Positions 12,155 through 23,200 of a DNA stretch of 64,000 bases are shown in pieces. How positions within the stretch are numbered: position 1 is the first letter of the stretch; each line of letters begins with the position of its first letter. A model generated the notes under the pieces. The model made no database searches. It was not told the origin of the DNA and was given only the letters and a program-made list of their open reading frames with translations. The position numbers were made by a program, and so were the translations under genes. This DNA comes from Epithemia pelagica. Its lineage: Eukaryota; Protista; Bacillariophyta. The stretch lies in the NCBI GenBank assembly GCA_946965045.2, contig OX337242.1:1054001-1118000 (forward strand). Direction: 5' to 3'.

Positions 12155-12709
12155 CAAGCTGGTTCACGTTGCGAAGTGCATGAGTTTTTCAGAGCGGGAA
12201 ATTGTATACTACACTTTATCCAACAGTACCCCAGCGTTTCGAACCAGTTACTTTTTCATGCTCCTCACATTTTGTCGCGCACATATCGTAAAATGCAAAA
12301 TGCAATAACGACAAGTGACCGCTTCATGCGACAATGGCCATTCACCAGCCGAGATGCGAAGCACCACCCAACCTAATCGATAGGATAGATATAAAAGTAG
12401 TAGGAAATCATAGGGGTGTCGCGCATCTCGACCTGTAGTTCAGTCTCCACTTGGAGTGAACGTATTTCCACTGCTGAGCATCGTGGAAAAAACAAATTAA
12501 ACCTACTTCGTCTATTAGTTGCAGCAGTTCTTGTGCTTGCGGCCATGAATGGCATCGTATTTGCCCAAACATCGGGACGTCCCATTGTCATTGTCACTGT
12601 CATGGGTGCTGCGCTGCGGAAAATCACTATAGAATTTTATGTACGATTTTTTTCCAGTACAGTTTTCTACACTAATATACTCATGCACTGCGCAACGTGA
12701 ACCAGCTTG
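12155..12709. mobile_element. MITE with CAAGCTGG termini and TA TSD
   Basis: 31-bp TIR with 1 mismatch, CAAGCTGGTTCACGTTGCG(A/C)AGTGCATGAGT. TA at 12153-54 and 12710-11. Confidence 0.85.
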
Positions 12710-13567
12710 TACCACATGGGAGGTGCAGTCGCGTATGGACTTTCTCTAAATTCCCAGAAAGTTAACCCCTCCAAATAAATAATTCAGAAAGCATACTCAG
12801 AGATGCAGAAATCCATCCAGATGACGACAACGCGCAACCGATGGTCATTAAAACTCAGCGAAAAGTTCCAATGATGAGAGACGACTTCCACTCATTTCAT
12901 TTGACTTTGACCACGCAATCCATCCCAGAGACGCTCGATCGTATAAATCCATGAATGGGACACGGGACACTTCTTTGAATTTCTGTGATGTGGATCATAA
13001 TGATAAGAGATAATTGCCCCGTCATGTCGACATGATTACGAGTACGTATCCCTGTCGCATGTTGAGTTTGGGGTTTGGATCGCTTTCGTGGTCAAGATGG
13101 TGATGGACATGGTTGCATTCCTAAGGCGAGAGAGATCGGAGATGAGTAGGTTCTTGCATCATAATCTCCTTTTCTCCTTCTCAAAACAATACAACAGAGA
13201 CAAACACGTTCCTTCGGCATACGACTCCAAGCAACGCTTTCCTCTCAGTTCAGTTTGACGCAGTCTCTGAACACTCTCAGGCACCTAAACCAAAGACCCA
13301 GTCGGTCCGAATACTTGCAAGATTTTGCCACATATTGAAATTGCCTTAAAAGCTGGTTCCGTCTCGGACGAGAGGCTGCCAAGAGATCGGCCAATAACCT
13401 GTCGAGTCTGAACGAGAAGTCTGGCTAGTAGTCATAACACAACCTATCCTAGTTAATCATTGCCTTGAAGCAGATAGTGTTGACAGTCCATAGCTAAAAC
13501 CCGAATTTCGACAATGGCTAATTTCACTAGTATCTGTTACGACTATGGACTATGGATCTGTGGACGA

Positions 13568-14641
13568 CTAGGATGGATCTGTGTAGTCAACGGAGAAGAG
13601 TTTCTCTCCATTGTTGATGGCAAGTTGCGAGACGATGAGGATGACACGGAAAGCACGGCCATGGGACGCAATGTCATGCCGCCACGTTTGACGCAGACAA
13701 CCCCAGTCCTTGAACCGCTTGTTGATGGTTTCTTGTCGGCTTCGGACTCGTTGTTGCATTTTTAGATTGTCTGCTGGATTGCTGAATCCAGCTGGGCACT
13801 TGACAAACTCAGGATGTTCGCCACGGTAGCCATCATCAGCCTCGACCCTCTCATTGGGGTCGAGGTGTGACAGAAGACAGTCACGGAAAATTGTGATGTC
13901 GTTGTGGCTGCCAGCAACGTAGGGCCCATTCAACCACACGACATCCCCTGTCAAAATACACAGCCCAATTTCATATCTGAGGGCACTTTTCTTGAATTTG
14001 TGGCTGTAGAACTTGCGTCCGTTCTCAGCCACCCGAAAGTCTGTCCCATCAACACTAATGAGGCAGTCATTCCCTTTGTCTAGCTTATAGCGGTTTTCCC
14101 ACACTATCTGTAAAGCATTCTTGGAATGTTAGATAATGAAACAAAAACAAACAAAAACGACTGTAGGGAGACTTACCACTTGACTTTCAAGGCGGACAAT
14201 GGCATCAATGAAGAGCCATGTCCATTTCGAGAACGTGTTCCTGTTGACACCACCAGCCAGAGTGCACAATACTCGTTCCTTTGCATACACCCGAAGGAAC
14301 ATGAGTGTCCAAAGAAGATGGGACATTGTTCCTGACACAGGCACCGAGTCGGACTCCACAAGAGCGCACCACAAATTCAAGCAAACAAGAATGCCACACC
14401 CAAAATACTGCCGAAACATCCGCTCCTCACTTTGGACGGTCCCCTTTTTACGGTGGAACAAAAGGGAATCGTTGCTCCAGATCAACCGGGCATAGTACAA
14501 AAAGTCTTCAGGGTTTGGGGCAGACCAGCGTTGCCGCTTGTTCCCCTCGGCATTCGACGGAGCCATGATGGACAGTTTTTGTGAGAAATCTTGAGGACGA
14601 GACACGACTTTTAGGTAGAAATCGTACCTTTCACGATTCAC
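13568..14641 (-). CDS. Harbinger-type DDE transposase (DDE_Tnp_4-like), 2 exons
   Basis: Intron 14108-14176 (GTAAGT..CAG) joins ESQV|IVWENR. Motifs CLISVDGTDF, YSHKF, HNDITIF, ADDGY, RSRQETINKRFKDWGCL. Confidence 0.9.
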
Positions 14642-14940
14642 GCAAGCATCGATTTCTCCTTTCTACTTCTACTAGGGACTACAACTGTGGATTAGGGACC
14701 GTTCCCCACCGAAAAATTTGAACGGATCCATGTTGATTTCGTTGATAGTGTTACATAGGCAGATGACTATTCATTCGTGACCAATATAACACCACTCTCT
14801 AGACCTGTCATATTGACTTAGCACGTACATGTCCATTACAGATTAGACAAACAACCGATTAAGCGTAAGAAAGCGGGCCGGTCAGTTGGATGGCACGTGT
14901 CAATAATTAATTTTGGTCCTGATGTCAGAAATCTGGTCCC

Positions 14941-15145
14941 GATCTCGGAATTCGGGTCGATCTCGGAATTCGGGCCAGATCTCGGAATTCGGGTCGATCT
15001 CGGAATTCGGGCCAGATCTCGGAATTCGGGTTTTTACTCTGAAATAAAGTATACTTTGGTCGGAATTCGGGTCGATCTCGGAATTCGGGCCAGATCTCAG
15101 AATTCGGGTCGATCTCGGAATTCGGGCCAGATCTCGGAATTTGGG
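14941..15145. repeat. Tandem array of alternating 18/19-bp units GATCTCGGAATTCGGG(TC/CCA), ~10 copies, with one 30-bp interruption
   Basis: Read directly. It lies between the divergent starts of the two Harbinger genes. Confidence 0.95.
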
Positions 15146-15340
15146 CTTTCCGTTGAACGGACCAATTATGTTTTTTCAGTTACCGCGCCTGCTTGCAATG
15201 CCGTGTGACTGCGAGAGGGAAAGTCAACTCGTTTCTGATTGCAAGCATGCCAGTCACACAAACACAACGGAGTGCTCAGAAGAAGAACTTCACGTCGTTG
15301 TCTCGCAATCTCTTGCCATCATAAATTTTGTCTCAATGAA

Positions 15341-16574
15341 ATGAAAGTGGTGCTACCGACCGACAGAGTACCTGCTTGGAGTAAGAAAGACGACGCCAAG
15401 CTCGCTGAACTCTTTCGCAAGGGTCCAAGCCACGGTGGAATTTCAAGCAACGACACGTCCGTTAACACTGCGAAGAAAGTCCTTCTCACTCACTTTCCCG
15501 AGCGCTGCAAGCCCGACGTCCACAAGGCATACAAGAATTTTGGCCCTCTCTTTCGCGAAAAAGCCAGAGCCTGGAATATTAACCAGACTTTGACAGGGGC
15601 ACGGAAAGCCCGAGCTGGTAAACGACGTAAGTGCAAGTGTCCATTGTTGAAAGTTGCTTCATGATTCTAACTACTTTCTTTCTTTTGTTATAGAATCAGC
15701 TGTTGCTGCTGAAGAGCAAAATCGCCTAGAGGTTAACAACCTTGTCGAGGACGAAGCCGAGGAAGTTGAAGACGGAGACTACAGTGGGGCTGAGGAGGAG
15801 GAGGACATCTCCATTGATCTTGAAGAGGCGTCAGTTGAATCTGGTGCAGCAGAAGAAGAGGTAGAAGACAACAACAGCGAAATCAACAGCTTCAGCATGG
15901 AGGAGGCGGTTCAAGCGTTCAAAAAGATGGGCCTCACCCCGGCCAAGACACCTAAGAAGGGTGGTGGTGGTGCTGCTTTCAAGGAACTGGTAGTAGCGGC
16001 TTCATATCCCTACTGTGCATCTAAGTTTGAGAGTTCTAATACTCTGTTCTGTTCTGTGGATATGTGTGTCCCAGGAGGGTCCACGAAGACCTACACTCCG
16101 GGGCTGGTGGATGATGGCATGGCAGTCCAGGTCGATTCTGTTGTGCCAAGCTATTTCTTCCAGAAAGGTCGACTGTTGGCGGTGCATCCTGATCTTGGGC
16201 AAGAGGACCATAGGGTCACAGAGTTCAAGCAACTCTGTGACCGGGCCAAACAGGAACATGCAACGTATGAGGGTGGCAAACCAAAGTTTGTAGCGAAGCA
16301 GAAAATCAAGTTACCTTTCAAGTGTGTGAAGGAAGATATGCAATACAAACTACAAGCCTTCACTTCGAAGGACAAAGACTTCACCAAGGAGCACAGGGGT
16401 GCTGCCAAGATGTTTGTTTTCTCGATACTCCTCAAGGCCGCCAAGCAACCGGAACGAAAGCGTGCAAACCAAGGCACTGCACGGACCATCGCCCCTTACA
16501 ATGATTCTGATGACTCCGATGTCCAAGATGTGGATGAGGATGAGATGAGTCATGATGGTGACTACCAGAACTGA
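15341..16574 (+). CDS. Harbinger accessory protein (putative Myb/SANT-like N-terminus, acidic linker, unknown C-terminal domain), 2 exons
   Basis: ATG at 15341 (MKVVLPTDRVPAWSKKDDAKLAELF). Intron 15627-15693 (GTAAGT..CTAAC..TAG) keeps frame with ORF 15654-16574. Lies inside the TIRs. Confidence 0.7.
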
Positions 16575-16754
16575 ATTTTGACCTACGAGAATGTCGCCTC
16601 CCCTAAATCTTGGTGGAATGATGTTTGGACTAACGACCTAGCCTTTTGGGACATTGACGAGACCTAGTACGAGAAAGGCTAGCTTACGTAGATAATCGAT
16701 TAGTAGTGCAATCCGAGACGGAACAAGCTTTTAAGGCAATTTCATTGACACAAG

Positions 16755-17381
16755 ATGATGCTTGCATCGAGAATGACATGCAAAGGAATGGCTGTTGGTG
16801 CCAAAAGAAGTCTTCAGAATCATGGTTTGCGATCGATAACCATTGGCACTGATATGTTGTCTTCGGTTATTTCACTTCAATCAGCTCGTCCATGGTACAT
16901 GTCAGATGATAAATCCAACGCTGCAGTGGACAATTCTGTAACTCTGAAGGATCTCTTCGCCGGCAAGCGGGTGGTTTTATTTGGTGTTCCTGCACCGTTT
17001 ACTGGCACATGTACATGGGAGCATTATCCTGGTTACAAGAAGTTGGCAGATGAATTTGCCGATGCTGGAGTAGATGAAATCATTTGTTACTCTGTGTCAG
17101 ATCCCTACGCACATCATGGATGGAGCAAATCGCTGGAGAATGATGACACGAAAATTCGTTTCCTGGCCGACCCCGACGCCACATTTGCCAAAGCCTACGG
17201 CGTGGACACTGACTATAGTGCCGTCAGTCTTGGAGTACGAAGCATTCGCTTTTCCATGGTGCTGGATGATGGTAAAGTCCAAACATTCCGTGAAGTATCA
17301 AATGCCAAAGAAGACGCTGCTCAAGTCATGGAAGATGTCAAAGAAATGAACGAGAATGGCCATGAAGCTTTCAGAGCATAG
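16755..17381 (+). CDS. Type II (Prx5-like) peroxiredoxin, probable organelle-targeting N-terminus
   Basis: VVLFGVPAPFTGTCTWEHYPG (peroxidatic Cys), SVSDPYAHHGW, LADPDATF, LGVRSIRF. Confidence 0.92.
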   Translation: MMLASRMTCKGMAVGAKRSLQNHGLRSITIGTDMLSSVISLQSARPWYMSDDKSNAAVDNSVTLKDLFAGKRVVLFGVPAPFTGTCTWEHYPGYKKLADEFADAGVDEIICYSVSDPYAHHGWSKSLENDDTKIRFLADPDATFAKAYGVDTDYSAVSLGVRSIRFSMVLDDGKVQTFREVSNAKEDAAQVMEDVKEMNENGHEAFRA

Positions 17382-17452
17382 ATCATCAATAGTTGATGAC
17401 AATCCTTGAAACACGAGAACAAATAGTAGAGATTCGATAGCAATTAGTACAA

Positions 17453-18220
17453 CTAGTTATCTTCAGTGTACTGCGCGGATTTAGAGCCAAGCTGTGCAGC
17501 AGCCAATCCACCCAAAGAAACAGAGAATCCGAGAAGCACCAGCAGCATTGTCGTAAAGTTTGGCTCGATGGTGCCAACAATGAATGAATCAATGTTTTCT
17601 GGGAGAGGATCACCAGAGGTTTTACTCCATGCTTCCAACGTGATTCCAAGACCAGACAAAATAAACAACGAGCCCGTGATGACAATTCCGGCTTGAAGAA
17701 TTTTGTAGACTGCCTGAATTACGGGGCCAGGTATCATGGCAAAGAGGTCTATGTCTTCACCTGCATCAACTTTCGCCTTAAGCTCGGCTGATCTTTTTCG
17801 CTGAGCCTCCAATTGTTCCAGTTGCTTGGCGTTAAGCTGTTCTTCTTCTAAAGTCTTCATGCCATATTTTTCTCGCAACAATTTTTTGGCTCGATCCTCT
17901 GATGATAATTCGCCTGGTCTAGGTAAGTCAGTCGAACCACCTTCGACTGACTGCAAGAAAGGAGATGCCACAGATGCCTCCTCACTGTTCGTTTGCTGTT
18001 TCTCACCGGGATTCCGATCATCCTGTTTCGGTGATGGAGATGGTTTCTCTATGTTTTTTGCAAAGCCTCTCCCTGCACCGCCTTCCTTTTTCTCAAAGGC
18101 AATGGTGAGCCTACGTCCGCTCAAACTTGTCGGAAGAATATAGGATTCTGTCCATGAGAGCGAAGAAAAAGTCGCCCCCAAGAACAAACATATTATTGTG
18201 ATCTTACTTGCCATCCTCAC
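17453..18220 (-). CDS. Hypothetical membrane protein, signal peptide + 2 C-terminal TM segments (possibly plastid)
   Basis: 255-aa ORF with a hydrophobic N-terminus, a GRGF motif and two hydrophobic helices. Confidence 0.7.
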   Translation of the reverse strand: MRMASKITIICLFLGATFSSLSWTESYILPTSLSGRRLTIAFEKKEGGAGRGFAKNIEKPSPSPKQDDRNPGEKQQTNSEEASVASPFLQSVEGGSTDLPRPGELSSEDRAKKLLREKYGMKTLEEEQLNAKQLEQLEAQRKRSAELKAKVDAGEDIDLFAMIPGPVIQAVYKILQAGIVITGSLFILSGLGITLEAWSKTSGDPLPENIDSFIVGTIEPNFTTMLLVLLGFSVSLGGLAAAQLGSKSAQYTEDN

Positions 18221-18627
18221 TCCTCAGGTCGATCCAACGATGCCACATTGAACACAAAAATTACACTCGTAGCTCATGATTCATGATGGGGAGAGGAAGA
18301 AGCATATGAACGAAACCCGGATATAGGCCATGCGAGGGTGACATCTGACATCACACACAAGATTCAGAATGATTAGTAGCTACCTCTCTAGGTAGTCCTA
18401 CTTGTAGGAATAGCTAGGAGTACTTACTCCTCTGTTGAAATTGTGGCCTATATTTGGCAATGAACGACAAATGTGTCTGAGCTACCACGGCTATGTGGCC
18501 GAATTCGGTGAGAGCTGTGTACGACTCCCACCTGTAAACCAAGGTAGCTTTATCGATAATGAACGTATAATCTTTCTGATAGCGAACTTTTAGCAGTTTA
18601 TCAGACCCATTCGTTCCGATTTTTCGT

Positions 18628-20247
18628 GTGAACTACATCACCATGGTACTAACTGCAGCCCAAACGACGTCTTTCTTTCAAGATGCCGATCAAATGGGCA
18701 TTCCCCAGCCGACGGTAGCTCAACTTCAAGTTGAAGGAATCGCGACGATTCCTGACCTAGCTGACTTTGACAAGGAGACTCTTCAACAGGTTGCTGACAA
18801 CCTACGGAAACCAGGTGGACGAGTTCAAGATCCCAACCCTGGGGCAGCTGTTGGTGCAACAATTCCGACACCGCCGTTCGTATTTGGAGCCAAGTCACAA
18901 CATCGTCTAACTGTGGCGTGTGACCTAGTGCGGTACTATAACACCGTTGGTCGTGACCTAACCCAACCTAATATGAGATGGAATCATGTGATGAAGAACT
19001 TTGAAGTTCAATGGAAGGCGTTGAAGGCTCGAAAGGACTCAGACGACCCAGATGTCCCGAAGATCAGCAAGGCACTACCAATTATCAAATGGACCGAAGC
19101 GTTCCAAGATTACCTCCACAGGATCATTGGTGTCAGGACTATCCCATTGGCATATGTGATTCGGCAAGAAGTCGATGTGCCGGTTGTTCCTCCTCCACAA
19201 GCCACTAATAAGCCGCATTCTACAGAATACGGATCGATTGAAGTGGAATTGGTAGCCCGTGCATCACACGATCACGAGTTATACAGAGAAGACAATGGAT
19301 CAGTATACTACCACCTGGAGGAAGCAACTAGAGGGACGACGTATGCAGCATCTATTAAACCTTATCAACGTAATAAAGATGGAAGAGGCGCATGGTTGGC
19401 CCTTACCAGCCAATATGCGGGTCAAGATAAGTGGGAGGCCGAGATCAAGCGTCAGGATGATCTGCTCCACACACGTGTCTGGAAAGGCCAAAACAGTTTC
19501 CCACTGGAAGGGTTTATTGCACAACATAGAAACGCATATGTTTCCATGCAACAATGTGCAGAACATGTTGCTTACCAGTTACCCAATGAACACACGCGTG
19601 TCGGGTACTTGCTTGATGGAATCCAATGTGCCGATGCAGGACTCCAAGCCGCCATGGCCAGTGTTCGGACTGACACCGACCCTGATGGCATGCGCAACAG
19701 GTTTGAAAAGGCTGCTGCCCACTTACTGCCGTATGACCCTGTTGCAAAGAAACGGGCAGCTGCAACAAACAACAAGCGCAACGCTGCGCAAATCTCATCC
19801 ATTGAAGTCGATGACACTCCTGGGATGGCTGAGGCGAGTTCAACTACCGTGGCCAAGAAACAAAGCATTGGCAAAACTGGTGTCCACCTTCGGTATCACA
19901 CTCCCAGTGAGTATGACAAGCTAACCGATGAGCAGAAAGATGAATTGCGTGAATGGCGTAAGGCCAATCCTTCGAAGAAGAAGAACAATCCGAATGACAA
20001 GAAAGGAGGGCACTCCAAGTCTGTCAAACGACAATTGGCCTCGGTTGTAGCAAAAGAACTCAAGAAGTTTGCCAAGAATGAAACCGAGGAAGAAAAAGAA
20101 ACGGTTGATCTCCAAGCGCAGATTGCTAGTATGGTTCAAAATGCTGTCAAGGAACAGCTGGCCTTGCCTCCGGTACCACCCGCCGCTGCCCCCAAGAAAC
20201 CATCCACCCTCCAGTCCATCCTCAAGCAGGCGAAATTCTCGTCCTGA
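18628..20247 (+). CDS. Copia 1 Gag
   Basis: 539-codon ORF (GTG start in track) with IPLAYVIR and DGRGAWLAL motifs. Homologous to 57067-58599. Ends in TGA, in frame with pol. Confidence 0.88.
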   Translation: MNYITMVLTAAQTTSFFQDADQMGIPQPTVAQLQVEGIATIPDLADFDKETLQQVADNLRKPGGRVQDPNPGAAVGATIPTPPFVFGAKSQHRLTVACDLVRYYNTVGRDLTQPNMRWNHVMKNFEVQWKALKARKDSDDPDVPKISKALPIIKWTEAFQDYLHRIIGVRTIPLAYVIRQEVDVPVVPPPQATNKPHSTEYGSIEVELVARASHDHELYREDNGSVYYHLEEATRGTTYAASIKPYQRNKDGRGAWLALTSQYAGQDKWEAEIKRQDDLLHTRVWKGQNSFPLEGFIAQHRNAYVSMQQCAEHVAYQLPNEHTRVGYLLDGIQCADAGLQAAMASVRTDTDPDGMRNRFEKAAAHLLPYDPVAKKRAAATNNKRNAAQISSIEVDDTPGMAEASSTTVAKKQSIGKTGVHLRYHTPSEYDKLTDEQKDELREWRKANPSKKKNNPNDKKGGHSKSVKRQLASVVAKELKKFAKNETEEEKETVDLQAQIASMVQNAVKEQLALPPVPPAAAPKKPSTLQSILKQAKFSS

Positions 20248-20259
20248 AGGCGTCCGGCC

Positions 20260-23200
20260 ATGTCCTCATCCTTGAGAGGAGGGATATTGCAGCCGGACAA
20301 CAACAAGCCATGGGACCCAGGAGAAGAACATGAGTGCTGCCAGCAATGTCAAAAGTCCGTTGTTCCGAATCGATGTTTTGCGGTTGTTGCCGCTGCATCA
20401 TTGGACAATGATGAGGAAATGCAGGACATGGATGGAGAGCACCGGACGGAATTGGACAGTCATGCCAATATGCCCGTCGTCGGACGACACAGCTATATCA
20501 TCAACAAGTCGGGCAAGAAGGTCGACGTCAGCCCTTTCACACCCCAATATAAGTCGATGCAGGCAGAATTGGTGGATGCCATCGTCCGATATGACTGCCC
20601 ATACGCAGGCAAGCCGTATCTCCTCGTCATTCAGAATGCTCTCTGGGTTGAAGCAATGGAGAATAATCTGGTGCCGCCGTTCATCCTGAGAGAGAGTGGA
20701 ATAAAAGTCAATGAACGAGCGAAAATCCACACTGATGACCCAACGGTGGATGACCATGCCATCACCTTCCCGGCCACAGGCTTCCGCATCCCCTTGAGCC
20801 TTTGGGGGGTCTTCTCTTACTTCCCATCAGTGAGACCAACGGAGGACGACCTGGTTGCTGGGCATGACGTATACGTTTTGACACCAAGTCGGTGGAACCC
20901 ACACTCAGATGCCTATGAGGCAAATGAGGCCAGTATGTTGGACTGGGAAGGTAACATCAAGGAGAGAAAGGACCAGCTGCGGATTGTGGTCGATGACATC
21001 CCGGATCCAGAGAATGGAGAAGATTATCGCGTGTCATCAGCGGAGGCCCATGTAATTGACCGGACATGTGCAGCATGTCATCATTGGCAAAATTACATGG
21101 CCGAAAACAGGAAGTCGTCATCAATTGAGGCGCATGATGAGGTTGGACGTCACCTTTCGTCCGTATCATCGGTGTTGGTTGAGTCAATGATGGCCTTGCA
21201 ACTGGAAGACAGAATGGTACAAGGAAAGGAATTCGTATCCATCGGTGCTACTGTCGCAACCGAGGAAGATGAGGAAAATGATGACGGCAGTTCGGTGGAA
21301 GACGAGGAGCACGGCGATGCGATGGACCTTGATCTGGATGCCTTGGACGATGTCGATCTTGATGACTTCTTTGTGTCAAGTGTAAATGCCGGTAAGCCAA
21401 ATGGAATTGGAGCCGAGCATCTTGCCAAGGTATGGCGAATAAGCCACGACGATGCCAAAAGGACTCTGGCTGTAACATCTCAGCGCAGCAAAAGACCAGA
21501 AGATCCGACCTTGTCACAGAATTATGGAACCAACGACCGGATGCTCCGGTATCGACGGATTGAAGAATATTTTTACATGGACACCTTCTTTGCGACGAAG
21601 AAAGGAGGAAAGTCGTCTCGTGGTAACACATGCTGCCAACTGTTTGTCACTGACAAAGGCTTTATGCATGTGGTACCAATGAAGAGAAAGTCCGAAGTTT
21701 TGATGGCTGTGAAAATCTTTGCCAAAGAAATTGGTGCACCTGATGCACTGGTTTGTGATATGTCCAAGGAACAGACGAGTTCGGACATGAAGATATTCCT
21801 CAACGAGATTGGGACGACCCTACGTGCGTTAGAAGAAGGTACACCCTGGGCCAACAAAGCTGAGTTGTACATCAAACTCATGAAGGAAGCGGTTCGCAAG
21901 GATATGCGCGAAGCGAACTCCCCACTTCCGTTTTGGGACTATTGCCTTGAGCGGCGAGTTCGAATCTATAACCTGACGGCTCGAGATTATATCACCGTCC
22001 GCGGAACGAACCCATATACTGCAACGCTGGGAATTGAGGGCGATATTTCCAGTCTTGGCCAGTACAAGTGGTATGAATGGTGCTACTTTCGAGAGCACAC
22101 AGCCAAGTTTCCCCACAACCAAGAGGTTCTAGGTCGTATCCTTGGCCCAGCTAAAGGTGAAGGGAACGAGATGGCACAATGGGTCCTAAAAGCCAATGGA
22201 AATGTGGTACCACGACGGTCCACCCGACCACTACAGGAATCCGAAATCCACAGTGCCAGTGAGCAATCAAAGCGTTCGGCCTTCGACGCATTGATTGAGA
22301 GGAGGCATGGCACCTCCATACAACCACCACCACCTATCTCCAACGACGACGAAAAATTTTATGATCCGTATGAGGACGACGAACAACCCCAATATACGAA
22401 ACCGGACATAGAAGACACGGTCGACAACGTTGGGAGACTTCTGAATCAATGCCCGGCCTATGACAGGATGATCAATGCCGAAGTGCAAATGCAAATTGGC
22501 GATGAGATGAGTAAGGGGGTAGTCAAGAGAAGAGCCCTGGGGGCTGATGGGAAAACGTCTGGGAAGTACCATGACGATCCATACAGCAATTCAATCCTCT
22601 ACGAAGTCGAATTCACGGACGGCCAAGTCAAGGAATATGCTGCAAACATCATAGCGGAGAGCATGTTGGCCGAGGTGGACACGGACGGCAACCATCTACG
22701 ACTGATGGAAGGGATAGTGGAATGGAAGAAAGATGAATCCCTGGCCGTACCCAAACGCGACAAATATGTCTATGACAGGCATGGTAGACGAAGGGCAAGG
22801 AAGACGACGCGTGGATGGTGGCTGCTTGTCAAGTGGAAGGACGGATCAGAATCTTGGCAACGATTGGCGGACATGAAAGAGTCGTACCCGATTGAAACAG
22901 CTGAATTTGCTGTTGCACGAGGCTTGGACGATGAACCTGCTTTCCAATGGTGGGCCAAGTCGACGTTGAGGCGGAGGGACGCCATCATATCGGCGCTGAA
23001 AACGCGTGCACGACAAATAAAGCACAAGTATGGTATAGAGATACCTACAAGTGTGGAGCACGCAAAGGAATTGGACAAGAAAAACGGAAATGATTATTGG
23101 ATGAAGGCCTTAGCGAAGGAGATGTTCAACGTTGGAGTAGCCTTTGAAATCCTAGCAGAAGGGGAAAAGGCGCCCTATGGTTGGCATCTGGTTACTGGAC

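Larger units (their letters stand above)
13337..16743. mobile_element. Full-length two-gene PIF/Harbinger-superfamily DNA transposon
   Basis: 32-bp TIR with 1 mismatch, GAAATTGCCTTAAAAGCT(G/T)GTTCCGTCTCGGA (13337-68 / 16712-43). 3-bp TSD ATT (13334-36, 16744-46). Divergent transposase and accessory genes. Confidence 0.9.

Noticed and set aside
14941-15145. Regular repeat array as a CRISPR
   Set aside because: No unique spacers, no cas genes, eukaryotic context. It is a minisatellite inside a transposon.
18433-18609. Self-priming (Tf1-like) explanation of the PBS
   Set aside because: No complement of GTTTATCAGACCCA is visible in any of the three LTRs, and the PBS is constant while the LTRs differ.
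20245-20247. Selenocysteine insertion at the gag/pol UGA codons
   Set aside because: No SECIS could be identified by eye and there is no redox-motif context. Ordinary near-cognate read-through is more parsimonious.
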